A stretch of 64,000 bases of DNA from Candidatus Aenigmatarchaeota archaeon (GCA_038999725.1 JAWBWS010000004.1:10296-74295), one strand, 5' to 3'; counted from the stretch's first letter, positions 30,733 to 41,866 are shown. A program made the numbers and translations. Notes: generated from the letters alone by a model not told the origin.

Positions 30733-31539
30733 ATGGTAAGGATAATAGGAATAGTTTCTGGTAAAGGGGGTGTGGGTAAAACAACAGTCACAGCTAATCT
30801 TGCTCTTGCTTTGGCTAAACTTGGAAAAGAGGTTAGGGTTATTGATTGTAACATCACAACTTCCCATTTAGGCTTTCTCTTTGATTTTCATTTTTACCCT
30901 AAGAGCTTGAATGATGTGTTAGCTGGAAGAACTTCAATAGAGGAAGTCACTTTCTTCAAAGAGGGAATAGGGATAATTCCCGCAAGCCTAAAAGTTGAAG
31001 ATTTGGCTGGAGTTAATATTGAGAATCTGAAAGAGGTGATCAAAGGGATAGAAGCTGATTTTGTTTTACTCGATTCTGCCCCTGGTCTTGGTAAAGAAGC
31101 TTTAAGCGTTTTAACAGCAGCACGAGAAGTTCTTTTTGTCACTGTTCCTTATTTAAACTCTGTTATTGATGTTGTTAAATGTGAAAAGGTGGCAAAAAGT
31201 CTTGGCTTAGCTCCTTTGGGAATAGTTTTGAACATGGTTAAGGGCTATCCTCATGAGATGAGCAAAAAAGAAATAGAAGAAATCACAAATCTTCCAACCT
31301 TAGCAGAAATTCCATATGACGAGAACGTTAGCATAGCACTATCTTTTGGTAAGTCCGTCCTCCATTTCAACCCATACTCACCAGCAAGCTTAGAATTTAA
31401 AAAGCTTGCTGGCAAAATTTCAGGGATTGAAGTCGAGGAGAAAAAACCCAATGTTTTTTCTAGGCTTGTGTTGAACTTAAGGAACAAGCTTTTGCTAAGG
31501 AGACCCCTCAAGCCTGAGCTTCTGATAGAAAAGATTTAA
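30733..31539 (+). CDS. minD: MinD/ParA family ATPase
   Basis: SGKGGVGKTT, DSAPG, IPYD. Confidence 0.85.
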   Translation: MVRIIGIVSGKGGVGKTTVTANLALALAKLGKEVRVIDCNITTSHLGFLFDFHFYPKSLNDVLAGRTSIEEVTFFKEGIGIIPASLKVEDLAGVNIENLKEVIKGIEADFVLLDSAPGLGKEALSVLTAAREVLFVTVPYLNSVIDVVKCEKVAKSLGLAPLGIVLNMVKGYPHEMSKKEIEEITNLPTLAEIPYDENVSIALSFGKSVLHFNPYSPASLEFKKLAGKISGIEVEEKKPNVFSRLVLNLRNKLLLRRPLKPELLIEKI

Positions 31540-31571
31540 AAATGGAAAAGACAAATTGAGATTCTGAGAAG

Positions 31572-32000
31572 ATGAAAAGAGAAAAGGCAAAAGTTGTGTT
31601 CACCGTGGGAAAAAGAAAGAGGGCAATAGCTAGAGCAAAAGTTGTCCCTGGTACAGGAAGAGTTATAATTAACTCTAAACCTTTGGAAATTTGGGGGAAT
31701 GAATACATGAGGCTTCGTGTCAAAGAACCTTTGCTTTTATCAGAAGATTTGGGTGGAAAGCTTGATTTTTATGTGAATGTTAAAGGTGGTGGTACAACAG
31801 GTCAGACAGAGGCTATAAGAACAGCTATTGCAAGAGGTTTGGTAGAGTTTTCAAAAGACAAGAAGCTTGAAGAAAAGCTCTTGAATTATGATAGGAATCT
31901 GCTCGTCTTTGACTTCAGAAGAACAGAGCCTCACCATGGTAGCGGAAGGGGAGCAAGCAAGCGTGGCTCAAGACGTCATAAACAGAGGAGTAAGAGATAA
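31572..32000 (+). CDS. rps9: 30S ribosomal protein S9
   Basis: GKRKRAIARA, VKGGG..GQ, YDR.LLV.D.RR.EP, QRSKR. Confidence 0.95.
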   Translation: MKREKAKVVFTVGKRKRAIARAKVVPGTGRVIINSKPLEIWGNEYMRLRVKEPLLLSEDLGGKLDFYVNVKGGGTTGQTEAIRTAIARGLVEFSKDKKLEEKLLNYDRNLLVFDFRRTEPHHGSGRGASKRGSRRHKQRSKR

Positions 32001-32003
32001 AAG

Positions 32004-32276
32004 TTAGCTTTTAAGATAGAGTTCTAGCAATCTTTTTATGTCAGATATTGGAAGTTTTATTTCAGATTTGGGTAAGAAGAAAGTTAAGTATTTGTTCTCA
32101 TCTATTTTTGTCAGGTTATCGATTGGGATTTTTTCTATTTTATAAATCAGTTTTAGCTCATCTTTGGTCAGAATATGTAAATCAACAAAAAGGTAAGAAG
32201 ATTTGCTAGATGGGAAAATCGTGACACAAAATTTCTCATACTCTAAATAAGGTAAAATGGCATCTCTCTTTAACAT
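32004..32276 (-). CDS. Hypothetical protein
   Basis: ATG ORF filling the gap; no motif recognised. Confidence 0.45.
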   Translation of the reverse strand: MLKRDAILPYLEYEKFCVTIFPSSKSSYLFVDLHILTKDELKLIYKIEKIPIDNLTKIDENKYLTFFLPKSEIKLPISDIKRLLELYLKS

Positions 32277-32418
32277 TTTCTCAATTTTCCCTTAAACTTT
32301 AATCTATTTAATTCTTTCTATTTCTCATGAAAACTGTAAAAAAGTAATATATTAATGTGCAAATTTTTCCTTTTAAACTATCAATCTTTTAGTTAAAATT
32401 CCAAATAATTTATTTTAG

Positions 32419-33795
32419 ATGGGATCTAAAAACAGTGAAAACATCTTCAGGCCAAATGACATCAGAGGTATATATGGTAGAGATTTAACGGAAGATGTAG
32501 CAGAAAAAATTGGCAAAGCTTTTGGAACTCTTTTGGGAGAGGGGAAAGTTGTGGCTGTGGGGAGAGATGTAAGACTAAGCAGTAAGAGCTTAAGAGATTC
32601 TCTAGTCAAGGGTTTAATTTCTACAGGCTGCAATGTTGTAGATATCGGTGTAGTAACCACACCCGCCTTTTACTTTTCCCTTTTTTTCTACAAGTTCGAT
32701 GGTGGTATAATGATAACAGCTTCACACAATCCTCCAGAATGGAATGGTTTTCACATATACAGAGGAATAAACTCTTTGATTGTCGAAGAAGAAATCAACA
32801 AACTGAAAGAAATTATAGAGAAAGAAGAATTCAGAAAAGCCAAAAAGAAAGGTAAGGTTAGAAAGCATTATATTCTAAAAGATTACATAAGCTTCCTTTC
32901 TTCAAAAGTAAAGATTAAGAAAAAATTGAAGGTAGTTGTGGATTGCTCGAATGGTTGTGCAGCTTTGGTTATACCAAAGCTTCTCAAGAAGCTTGACCAA
33001 GAAGTTGTTGTGCTTAATGCTAAAATGGATGGTAAATTTCCTGCTCATGGACCAGATGTAAAGGAAGAAAACTTGAAAGAATTGAAAAAAATGGTTAAAG
33101 AAATTAAAGCAGATTTAGGGGTTTGTTATGATGGGGATGCTGATAGAGCAGCTTTTGTTGATGAAAGGGGTAGAGTTATACAAGGTGATAAGGCAGCTTT
33201 GATTATTTTGGAAGATGTGTTCAGGAGAAAGAAATCTCCAAGAATTTTAGATGATGTGAGTTGCTCTTCTGCTATAGAAGAATATATAAGAAGTAAAGGT
33301 GGTATCCTAAAAACAAGCAGGAGGGGTCACGCTTTTCTTCAACAAATAATGAGAAAAGAAAAAATTGATTTTGGTTTTGAAAAAAGTTCTCATTTTTATT
33401 TTTCAGAGCTAAGAGGTTTTGACGACGCTGCTCTAGCAACTCTGAAAGTAGCCGAAGTCCTCTCAAGAAGCAAAAGAAGTTTTTCTCAAATCGTTAATTC
33501 TATTAACTGGCCTCCAAGCAAAGAAGAAACTTTGTATTGTGATGATGAAATTAAGCTTAAGGTCATTCAAAATGTGAAAAAAGAAATTCGCATACTTGGA
33601 TTTAAAACTATTGAGCTAGATGGGGTAAAAGCCTTCATGCAAGAAGGATGGTTTTTAGTAAGAGCTTCGATAACAGAGCCTGCCATAAGAATTACTGTTG
33701 AGGCAAAAGAAGAAAAAGCATTAAAGGAAATTTTAAGCTTCACAAAGAAGCTTGTGAAGAAAGAAATAAATATATGTTCAGCTAAGGTAAAATGA
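32419..33795 (+). CDS. Phosphomannomutase/phosphoglucomutase
   Basis: DIRG, TASHNP, DGDADR, VRAS.TEP. Confidence 0.92.
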   Translation: MGSKNSENIFRPNDIRGIYGRDLTEDVAEKIGKAFGTLLGEGKVVAVGRDVRLSSKSLRDSLVKGLISTGCNVVDIGVVTTPAFYFSLFFYKFDGGIMITASHNPPEWNGFHIYRGINSLIVEEEINKLKEIIEKEEFRKAKKKGKVRKHYILKDYISFLSSKVKIKKKLKVVVDCSNGCAALVIPKLLKKLDQEVVVLNAKMDGKFPAHGPDVKEENLKELKKMVKEIKADLGVCYDGDADRAAFVDERGRVIQGDKAALIILEDVFRRKKSPRILDDVSCSSAIEEYIRSKGGILKTSRRGHAFLQQIMRKEKIDFGFEKSSHFYFSELRGFDDAALATLKVAEVLSRSKRSFSQIVNSINWPPSKEETLYCDDEIKLKVIQNVKKEIRILGFKTIELDGVKAFMQEGWFLVRASITEPAIRITVEAKEEKALKEILSFTKKLVKKEINICSAKVK

Positions 33796-33805
33796 AGGGA
33801 AGTTT

Positions 33806-34000
33806 ATGATAATCCCTGTTAGGTGCTTTACCTGTGGCAAGCCTATTGGACACTTATGGGAAGAATATAAAAAAAGGGTAGGGATGGGAGAGGATTCAGG
33901 AAAAGTATTGGATAGCCTAGGGTTAAAGCGTTACTGCTGCAGGCAGGTATTTTTGGGTACAGTAGAGCTACTTAGAGAGGTGGAGGAATTCAAACCATAA
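33806..34000 (+). CDS. rpoN: RNA polymerase subunit N (Rpo10)
   Basis: [12 protein letters not shown]...RYCCR. Confidence 0.96.
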   Translation: MIIPVRCFTCGKPIGHLWEEYKKRVGMGEDSGKVLDSLGLKRYCCRQVFLGTVELLREVEEFKP

Positions 34001-34051
34001 TATTTTTAACACTAAATTCAAAAAATATTTACATACTGGTGGTAAAAAATT

Positions 34052-34330
34052 TTGAAAGATGATGGGATGATATGGCCTGCTGACAGGTTGACGAGATTCG
34101 AGTTTGCAAGGATACTTGGCGCCAGAGCTTTGCAAATTTCTCTAGGTGCACCAATTTTGGTTAAAACTGATGCAACTGATCCAATTGAAATAGCAAAAAT
34201 AGAATTTAAAGAAAAAATGATTCCAATAACTGTGAAAAGAAGGTTGCCCAATGGGGAAGAAATGGTAATAAACATCAAAAAAGCAATGGAAAACTGGATT
34301 GCGGAGCATGGGGAAGAAGATTTAATTTAG
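34052..34330 (+). CDS. rpoK: RNA polymerase subunit K (Rpo6)
   Basis: [22 protein letters not shown]. Confidence 0.95.
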   Translation: MKDDGMIWPADRLTRFEFARILGARALQISLGAPILVKTDATDPIEIAKIEFKEKMIPITVKRRLPNGEEMVINIKKAMENWIAEHGEEDLI

Positions 34331-35827
34331 ATACATCTTGTAAATTTTTTCTACCTGATTGTCTGAAATGAAAAAAGAAAAATCTTGTGAAAGGTTTGGG
34401 TCTTTTTTGCTAATATGAAGGAGAAGTACAATCTCCTTCTTCAAATCTTCTGACATTTTCTCAAATTTCTCTCTTTCTACAGGAGGTACAACCTCAGAGT
34501 AAATGTGGGGATACTTTTCAGCATGAATTGAGGCAAAATCTGGATCACACCATTTTTTGTAATTATCGTATTTCTTAAAGTAAGGGCTCAAGCCCCTAAC
34601 AGAAGGTCTCATATATGATGAACCTGAAGATGCGTGTAAGCTCAATGGACAACCAACAGCACATTTTTTGGAACTTAAAACATCAACCAATATTTTGTAA
34701 TTCCTTCCCCACTCATTTTCTCTTTCAATTGAGAACCTTTTCCTAATTTTTTCTTCCATTTCTCTTACAACATGCACAACTATAGCTTTTCCCAATATTC
34801 TGAGATTTCCATAAGCATTTATTAGCTTTTCATCTTCTATATCCATCGAATTCAAGATTTTTTCATAAGTTTCTGTTGGCTTTTTTAAACCACCTGTCCA
34901 TATGTGAAGGCTTCTGTTTCCAGAAAAATGAACATAACCTTTTATCCCATAGCTATTTAAGAAATTTAAAATTTGAGAAATTACTTCAAAAGAAAGAGCA
35001 TATGCCTTTTGTAGGTCTATTATTTTTAACATATCTCCAATATCAGTCTCTATAACAAAAATTGAAGGAAAATCGTCTTCCTTCTTGTCAACTGAAGTAT
35101 AAATTTGTATCATGTTATATTCTCTCACATATTTTTCAAAATCTTCAGGGCTTTCTGGCGGTGGCAAAAGTTCCTTTCTATATTTAAGCCACATCCTCAT
35201 TTTTGGCTTTTCACATCCTTTGGCCCATTTTATCCTCACATATCTATCCCTACAAAAATTTTTTATGACTTCTTGGACTATGGGCTTAGAGTAATATTTC
35301 AATAACTTTTCTTTGTCGACCCTCATGTCAAAAGCTGAAAATCTTTCAGTTTCTGGTAGTGGTGAATCGTAAACCACTTTTCTTGTACCATCTGTATCAA
35401 AAACAATTCTCAATCTATTCTCAACATTCCAGCCCCAGTCTTCTGGAAGTAAAATAGCGAAAATTTCAGTCATTATGTTTTTCTTGAATCTATCTAAACC
35501 TCCTCTGTAAGAACTTGTGAAAGAAACTGGTAAAAATGAATAGTTCTCATCTGCTTCGAATGAAACTTTCAGTGGAATCTCTTGTCTTCCAGGCTTGTTT
35601 TTTCTACCAAAGAAATAAGGTATAAAAATTTTATACAAGCTCTCCCTTATTTTGTTCATATTCTCTATATTTTTTCTCTCAAAAGCTGCACAAAATTCAA
35701 TCGTGTAATTAACTTTATTCCTGAATTTTTTCTCCTGCCAAAACTCGTCAATTTTGTTGTAGAGGAGAGAAGTTAATTCTTGTAAGTTAAAACATTTTCC
35801 AGGCTCTTTTTTAAACCTTGGTCTCAA
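34322..35827 (-). CDS. AEP-superfamily primase-polymerase-like protein with uncharacterised N-terminal domain
   Basis: Motif I VIETD, motif [12 protein letters not shown], motif III KILVD followed by CPLSLH. Confidence 0.65.
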   Translation of the reverse strand: MRPRFKKEPGKCFNLQELTSLLYNKIDEFWQEKKFRNKVNYTIEFCAAFERKNIENMNKIRESLYKIFIPYFFGRKNKPGRQEIPLKVSFEADENYSFLPVSFTSSYRGGLDRFKKNIMTEIFAILLPEDWGWNVENRLRIVFDTDGTRKVVYDSPLPETERFSAFDMRVDKEKLLKYYSKPIVQEVIKNFCRDRYVRIKWAKGCEKPKMRMWLKYRKELLPPPESPEDFEKYVREYNMIQIYTSVDKKEDDFPSIFVIETDIGDMLKIIDLQKAYALSFEVISQILNFLNSYGIKGYVHFSGNRSLHIWTGGLKKPTETYEKILNSMDIEDEKLINAYGNLRILGKAIVVHVVREMEEKIRKRFSIERENEWGRNYKILVDVLSSKKCAVGCPLSLHASSGSSYMRPSVRGLSPYFKKYDNYKKWCDPDFASIHAEKYPHIYSEVVPPVEREKFEKMSEDLKKEIVLLLHISKKDPNLSQDFSFFISDNQVEKIYKMYLN

Positions 35828-35841
35828 CCTTGTCTTCCCCT

Positions 35842-38133
35842 TTATTTTTGCATGTATTTAGTCAGTTTGTTATCTTTGGATGAATACTCTAACCTTAAGA
35901 GAGGTGAGAGAGGTTTAAGCCTCTCCATCAAATATTCTATGTAAACGTTTATATCAATTTTACCTTTAGGTTTTTCTGAGAAATCTATTCCACTGGTAGT
36001 TACAAAAAATTCAATGAAATTGCCTGGCTTCTTACCCGATTCCTCATATGCCCTTCTCAACAAATCTAGTCTGAAACTTCTTTTTTCATACTTATCTAAA
36101 CTTTTGCTCAACCTTCCCACTATTTTGTAGTCCTCCAGGTTTTCTAAACTTTCTATTCTTTTTAGCTGTTTTTGTAACTCTCTTCTTGCTTCATTCAAAC
36201 CATATTTCACAAACTTTTCTACAATTTCATTTACCGCCTCTCTTACAATTTTTGGATCCATCCTGCTTGTTCCTCTCCATCCTATTTTAACTATTTTTCC
36301 ACTTTCTGTTGCTATAGCTTGTTTTTTATTCAAAGGAATGAAAACATCTTCGTGCTTATTATAATCTGTTATTAAGAAAGGATATTCCCTCTTTAACTTT
36401 TCAATAGCATTTATTGTTTTTTCAGCTTCACCTGAAATAAAACCCCTACATCTTAATGGAGACAAATAAACAATTTCACATTCTCCCAGCTTCTTTGTTT
36501 CAGTAAGCCTCTTGTAAATTTCAGAAAATTTTTTATAAATTTTTTCTGAAATTTCTTCATTTGTGAAAATTTTTCTCCCAAAAAGTAAGTGTGAGCTTAT
36601 AGAGTTTATCGCAAAAGAATAAACATCAAAAACTCTGTTCCTACCTTTTTCATCAACACCAAAAGCATCTGGGCCTCCCTTTATCCTAAAAATTTTTTCA
36701 AATAAATTTAAGTAAGGTCTAAACTCTTCTTCATCCTCTACTATCTGTGGTACAAAAGCAAAAGAAGGATAAATCCACCTTCCTTTAATTCTTTGGCCAT
36801 ATTTTTCTGTTAAAATTCTATCATACTTATCAACAATTCTCTCTTTCTTTCTTGCTAATTTTGTGGACTCATTTCTCATTTTTGGAAAAATTTTACCTTG
36901 AACAAATTCTGAAGTTAAAATAGCTTCACCTATTTCTTCCATAGTTTTTTTGAAAACAGTCTCAATATCGATTGAAAAAAACATGGGTAAAACCAATAGT
37001 TCTTGGTCAAACAATAGAAACTCGGCAAGCTTCAAATGAGCGACAGCATCTTGAAAATTATGAGTTACTGTTTCTTCTACTTCTTTTTTGAGTTTATACA
37101 AATCTTCTGCATTTTTTATCTTGAGATAAATTTTAAACTTCCTGTAGTCAGTTTTCTTAAGTGTCTCTTTATCATTAAGAAAATGCCCTAAGAAATCTTC
37201 AAGACTTCTTATCGTGGGGCGCTCATGTTTAGAGATGTATAAAGAATCGGTAGAAGGTGTTATGCCTTCTGATGTTACAACTTGAATTGCTTGAACTGGT
37301 TTAAAATAAATTGGAATGTCAAATTTGTCCTCAGGCCTTTCTTTTGTTGAAGGAAACTCTTCATAATCTTTCTGTTTTTCAAGAAGAGAAGAGCCATGAA
37401 CCATTTCTATATCTGCTCCTCTCCTGTACTCGTAAATTTTTTTTATCAAACTTTTTTCATCTGGCACAAGTTCAATCTCATATCCCCCCAAGATTTTCTT
37501 GAACTCTTCTAGAAGCCCAGAATTTTCGTTAACTATCAAGACTTTTGAGAGCCCATCACTCCTCATTAAAGTAGCTAAAACTATTTGGTCGCCATAAGTT
37601 TCGTAATCAACTGTAAATAAAACCAATTTCTTTCTCAATTTTTCAATTTGGTTTGTTGCTTCTTTTCTGGTTTTTGGTTTCTCTTGTTGAATAATTAATT
37701 TTCCTTCTTCCCCAACAAGCACTCTTGTGTCCAAAAAATATCCAAACTCTGTAGAAAAGTTACTCTCTTCCAATTTAGAAAGCCAATACTCTTGTTTCCT
37801 TGAATTTGAAATATTTTCTTCAACCCCAATAACACCGTCTATTACTTTAAGCTTTAATTTTATCTCTTCATTTTCAGAAGGTAGAGAAATGAGGGAAGCT
37901 TTATAAACCTTGTCTCCAATGTATGTAACATCGTCTACAATATTAAATTGATTAACACCAAGCTTCCTTATTTCCTTCAGCACTTTCTCCTTTTTTTCAG
38001 GTCTTATAAAAACTCTTGTTCTTTTTTTCAGTTTTTCTTCTACCAAAACATCTTGCCCGTTTTTGTAATATTGGTAAACATTTCCCCCTCTTATTACAAG
38101 GCCAACCGGTCCAACAAGTTCTGAAATTTTCAT
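35842..38133 (-). CDS. Degenerate family-B DNA polymerase-like protein
   Basis: ExoI-like VDYET, ExoIII-like HNFQD, IYPS, thumb motifs (KIG..SRMD, LSKSLDKY, KPGNFI, IDINVYIE); no DxxSLYPS aspartate and no YGDTDS. Confidence 0.7.
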   Translation of the reverse strand: MKISELVGPVGLVIRGGNVYQYYKNGQDVLVEEKLKKRTRVFIRPEKKEKVLKEIRKLGVNQFNIVDDVTYIGDKVYKASLISLPSENEEIKLKLKVIDGVIGVEENISNSRKQEYWLSKLEESNFSTEFGYFLDTRVLVGEEGKLIIQQEKPKTRKEATNQIEKLRKKLVLFTVDYETYGDQIVLATLMRSDGLSKVLIVNENSGLLEEFKKILGGYEIELVPDEKSLIKKIYEYRRGADIEMVHGSSLLEKQKDYEEFPSTKERPEDKFDIPIYFKPVQAIQVVTSEGITPSTDSLYISKHERPTIRSLEDFLGHFLNDKETLKKTDYRKFKIYLKIKNAEDLYKLKKEVEETVTHNFQDAVAHLKLAEFLLFDQELLVLPMFFSIDIETVFKKTMEEIGEAILTSEFVQGKIFPKMRNESTKLARKKERIVDKYDRILTEKYGQRIKGRWIYPSFAFVPQIVEDEEEFRPYLNLFEKIFRIKGGPDAFGVDEKGRNRVFDVYSFAINSISSHLLFGRKIFTNEEISEKIYKKFSEIYKRLTETKKLGECEIVYLSPLRCRGFISGEAEKTINAIEKLKREYPFLITDYNKHEDVFIPLNKKQAIATESGKIVKIGWRGTSRMDPKIVREAVNEIVEKFVKYGLNEARRELQKQLKRIESLENLEDYKIVGRLSKSLDKYEKRSFRLDLLRRAYEESGKKPGNFIEFFVTTSGIDFSEKPKGKIDINVYIEYLMERLKPLSPLLRLEYSSKDNKLTKYMQK

Positions 38134-38149
38134 AAATTTATGAAAAAAG

Positions 38150-38163
38150 CTTAAATATTTAAG
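38150..38163. promoter_or_regulatory. Palindromic bidirectional TATA candidate
   Basis: CTTAAATATTTAAG, a perfect palindrome centred about 23 nt from both divergent ATGs. Confidence 0.6.
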
Positions 38164-38179
38164 TTCTATCTGATTCTTT

Positions 38180-40192
38180 ATGTTTGTTCATAACTTCTTA
38201 TCAAGCACAAGAGTTGTAAGAACACTTCAAGAAATAGACCCAGAGTATGTGGAAATTATTCCATATGAAATTTTTAAAGAAGGTTATGAAAGAGAGTTAA
38301 GTTTAAGAATTTTAAGTTTTCTGAAAGAAAATCTTCAAGTGAGAAGCACAAAAGCCAATTTTCTTCGTAATTTAAGAGAAAATATGGTTGAATTTAAAGA
38401 CGATGGTTCGAAATATTTTTTGTATGTGGAAAACTCTTTTCCTCAATCTTTATATTACGAAGAAATTAATGGTAGAGTTCAACCCAGAAAAAATATAGCT
38501 GGGTTTATCCCTAAAACAAATAGGGATTTTGGCTCCTCTATTAACCCCGCCTTGAGTATTTTCCCAAAAATTCTGAATTCTTATAATGTGAATTGTTTAT
38601 TGATTTCTGTTACCCCTCTCGGTCTAATACCATATGAAATTAAAACCTTAGAACCACTTGTAAAAGTAGAGCCTTTTTCCATACCAAATATATTTGATTA
38701 CTCAGAAGTGGAAAGAAGCCTAAGGTATTCGAAACTCCGTGCAGAATTAATGGGTAAAACTCCACCTAAAGATTTTAACTTAGATGCCTTAGCCTTTTCT
38801 TTTCATTATAATAAAAAACTGAAACCAATATACTGGAGGGACATCGAGAAAAAATGTAGCAAAATTATGTTAAAAGATTTCACATATATTTCAAATGAAT
38901 TTATAAAGAATAACACAAACCACAAAGCAATACTTTGTTTGTCACAAAAACCTCACTTGAAAAACTTGAGAGAAATTCTCAAACGATTTGGGTTGTATGA
39001 TGAAGAATTTGACTTGACAAAAAAACTCTTGGAAAGAAAGCCTGGTGATGAAGAGTATATGATGTGGGGGATATCATCACCTTATTTTACAGGCCAATAT
39101 TCTCTGGACATCAACAATGTAAGAAGGTACCACATGGGAATGTTAGAAAGAATAATCAGGAAAAAAATAAACAGCGAGAAAATTGAAGTGGTTTATGGTA
39201 CCACATTAACAGGTGAGAGGTTAAAAGACAAAAAGCTACTCAAATTCTTCGAAAATTGGCTTGACACGGATATAGACTCTATAACTACAGTTTATGCTAC
39301 TCCAGTCCCATGTAAAAAAGGTAGCATCGTTCGAGAATATAATGACGAAGAGTTTTGCAGCAAGGAAGAATATATTAAATGGAGAGAAAGACAGAAAGAA
39401 TCGGATATTTGGAGATTAGAAGAATATGTGGATGAAAGTGGAATACAGCCTTGGACTGGTATAATTCAATTAATTCAATCGAAAATTGAAGAAGAACTCT
39501 ATCCACCCAAATTGATGATAAGAGAAATAAATTTAGAAAGTTCGGATTATCATTTTAGCTATTTAACCAGAACCCCCGTGGAAAATATTTTAAAAGATGA
39601 TATAGATGAAGAAATAAAAAATAAGAGAATAATCACAAAATCTGGAAAGGGGGGAACAATAGAAGAGTTTGGAAAAATTGGCAGCCTTATTCACGATTGT
39701 AGAAGATATTGTTCCATAAGCTGTCATGATTTTACAAAATTCACCGAAGTTCCTCTGGAGTTAAATGTCTCCTATGGGGGGTATAAATACAAAATTTCTG
39801 GAATAAGTGACATAATCCTGGAGACAGGAAAAGGCAAACTCCATGTATGTAACACAAAGTTAGAGGCAAGCTATTTCCCACCACGAGGCCAAAGAATGCA
39901 AGTTCTTGCAGAAGCTCTTGCCGCTATGCAATTGTTTAAAAAAGAGTTAGATAGTGTAAGTTTGTACTATCACACAAGTGTTTTAAGGGAGGGCATTCTT
40001 TTTGTGTTTTTCCCAACCCAAGAACAACAGCAAAAAATTCTCAATGAAATTGGAAAAGAGGTGTACGATTACTTTCAGATGAAGGAAAATCCCAAACTGA
40101 TACCAGAATATTTTTCAAAATATAAAAGATGGATGAAAGATCCTGAGCTTGTTAAAAAAATTATAGAAAAAAGATTAAATATAACCTTTTAA
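38180..40192 (+). CDS. Large protein with C-terminal PD-(D/E)XK (Cas4/AddB-like) nuclease domain
   Basis: IGSLIH...EVPL...ISGISD...VCNTK...MQVLAEAL. Confidence 0.6.
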   Translation: MFVHNFLSSTRVVRTLQEIDPEYVEIIPYEIFKEGYERELSLRILSFLKENLQVRSTKANFLRNLRENMVEFKDDGSKYFLYVENSFPQSLYYEEINGRVQPRKNIAGFIPKTNRDFGSSINPALSIFPKILNSYNVNCLLISVTPLGLIPYEIKTLEPLVKVEPFSIPNIFDYSEVERSLRYSKLRAELMGKTPPKDFNLDALAFSFHYNKKLKPIYWRDIEKKCSKIMLKDFTYISNEFIKNNTNHKAILCLSQKPHLKNLREILKRFGLYDEEFDLTKKLLERKPGDEEYMMWGISSPYFTGQYSLDINNVRRYHMGMLERIIRKKINSEKIEVVYGTTLTGERLKDKKLLKFFENWLDTDIDSITTVYATPVPCKKGSIVREYNDEEFCSKEEYIKWRERQKESDIWRLEEYVDESGIQPWTGIIQLIQSKIEEELYPPKLMIREINLESSDYHFSYLTRTPVENILKDDIDEEIKNKRIITKSGKGGTIEEFGKIGSLIHDCRRYCSISCHDFTKFTEVPLELNVSYGGYKYKISGISDIILETGKGKLHVCNTKLEASYFPPRGQRMQVLAEALAAMQLFKKELDSVSLYYHTSVLREGILFVFFPTQEQQQKILNEIGKEVYDYFQMKENPKLIPEYFSKYKRWMKDPELVKKIIEKRLNITF

Positions 40193-41866
40193 TCACATTT
40201 TTTCCAAAGCTTTTATTCCAAGAAGTTCAAGGACCTTATTCAAAACAATTTTTGTTGCCTTCACAAGAGTAAGCCTGAAGTTCCTCTTCTCTTTCGTCTC
40301 AGCCTTGAGAACAGGATTTGTCTCATAAAATCTTCCAAAAATCGTGGCAAGTTCGTAAGCGTAGTTGCAAATGTAGTGTGGTTTTAAATCTCTTCCAGCT
40401 TCTTCCACAACCTTCTTAAATCTTGCTAATGTTCTTATCAGTTCTTTTTCTCCTTCTGTTAGTTCTTTTGTTTTGAACAGTAACTTAAACTTTCCAGCTC
40501 TTCTCAATATTCCCACACATCTTGTATGAGCATATTGCAAGTATGGTCCTGTATCGCCTTCTAGCCTAAGCATTTGGTTCCAATCAAAAGTTATGGTCTT
40601 TTCAGGCTCAATTCTTACAATAGCATACTTCAAAGCTCCTATTCCCACAGCCTCGGCAATTTCCTTCTTTTCTTTTTCGGAGAGGTTGGTCCTCCTCTTC
40701 TCAATTTCCTTCAAGGCGGTTTCCACAAGCTTGTCTACAACTTCATCAAGCATTAAAGCTTTACCCTCTCTGGATGACATTTTTCCTTCAGGTAAGTGAA
40801 CAAGCTCAAAAGCAAAATGTTTGCAACCACTAACCCACTTGTAGCCAAATAACTCCAAGAGCTTGAAAAGTTGTTTAAAATGAAGGTTTTGCTCGGTTGC
40901 AACAACCCATATGTGACTGTCAAGCTTGTACTTTTCAAACCTTTTAACAGTCATACCCAAATCACTTGTTATGTACAAGCCGGTGCCATCCGACCTTAAC
41001 AAAACTGTATCAGGTAAGCCAAACTTCTCTAGCCTAGACAAGACTGCACCATCTTCCATTTTAGTCATAATTCCTCTCTTCAACCCTTCTTCAATTAGTT
41101 TCTTTCCAAGCTCTCTGAACTCACTCTCATAAAAATAAACGTCAAAGTTTATTCCCAACCGATGATAGGTTTCTTCAAACCCCTTAACACACCACCCAAC
41201 TATTTTCTTCCATATTCTTCTTATCTTTTTGTCTTTTTCCAATTCAAACTTCCTCAAAATTTCTCTTGCCTTTTCTTCTAGACTGGGATTAGTTTTGGCT
41301 TCTTCATGAAACTTAACATAAAGTTTCCAAAGCCAAGCATCAGGCTTTCCTTCTGGTTCCTTTCCTTCTGCCCAAAGCAAGTAGGCTGTGACGAGTTTAG
41401 CAACTTGAAGGCCAATATCATTCATCAAGTTAGCTCTTATCACTTTATACCCCAAAAACTCCAAAATCCTTGCAAGTGAATCACCAAGGAAAGTGCCTCT
41501 TGCATGCCCTATGTGCATGGAATGCACAGGATTTGGCTGAGAAAACTCAATCATCACTTTCTTCCTTTTCCTTGAAATTCCTTTTTTCATCACTTCCTTC
41601 AAGACAAGTTCTGAAACTTTCTGGTAATCCAGAAAGAAATTTAAGTAGCCCGATCTTGCCTCAACCTTTGAAATTAAAGACCCTTTTGGGATTTTTATCT
41701 TTTTTACCAGATTTTCAGCTATTTCATTTGGGTTTCTTTTTTCTTTTTTAGCTAGATCGAAACAAGGAAAAGCTATATCACCGAATTCTTTTACCTTTGG
41801 GACTTCCAGTTTTAATTCTTCTATTCCTGCTTTTTTCAAAATTGCTTCTATTTCTCTTTCAATCAT
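40193..41866 (-). CDS. argS: Arginyl-tRNA synthetase
   Basis: EFSQPNP, HIGH, KMSSREG, GPYLQYAH. Confidence 0.96.
   Translation of the reverse strand: MIEREIEAILKKAGIEELKLEVPKVKEFGDIAFPCFDLAKKEKRNPNEIAENLVKKIKIPKGSLISKVEARSGYLNFFLDYQKVSELVLKEVMKKGISRKRKKVMIEFSQPNPVHSMHIGHARGTFLGDSLARILEFLGYKVIRANLMNDIGLQVAKLVTAYLLWAEGKEPEGKPDAWLWKLYVKFHEEAKTNPSLEEKAREILRKFELEKDKKIRRIWKKIVGWCVKGFEETYHRLGINFDVYFYESEFRELGKKLIEEGLKRGIMTKMEDGAVLSRLEKFGLPDTVLLRSDGTGLYITSDLGMTVKRFEKYKLDSHIWVVATEQNLHFKQLFKLLELFGYKWVSGCKHFAFELVHLPEGKMSSREGKALMLDEVVDKLVETALKEIEKRRTNLSEKEKKEIAEAVGIGALKYAIVRIEPEKTITFDWNQMLRLEGDTGPYLQYAHTRCVGILRRAGKFKLLFKTKELTEGEKELIRTLARFKKVVEEAGRDLKPHYICNYAYELATIFGRFYETNPVLKAETKEKRNFRLTLVKATKIVLNKVLELLGIKALEKM

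Noticed and set aside
34322..40192. Casposon, pipolin or provirus interpretation of the PolB/AEP/nuclease block
   Set aside because: No cas1, integrase, capsid, terminal repeats or target duplication seen, and the PolB lacks catalytic motifs.
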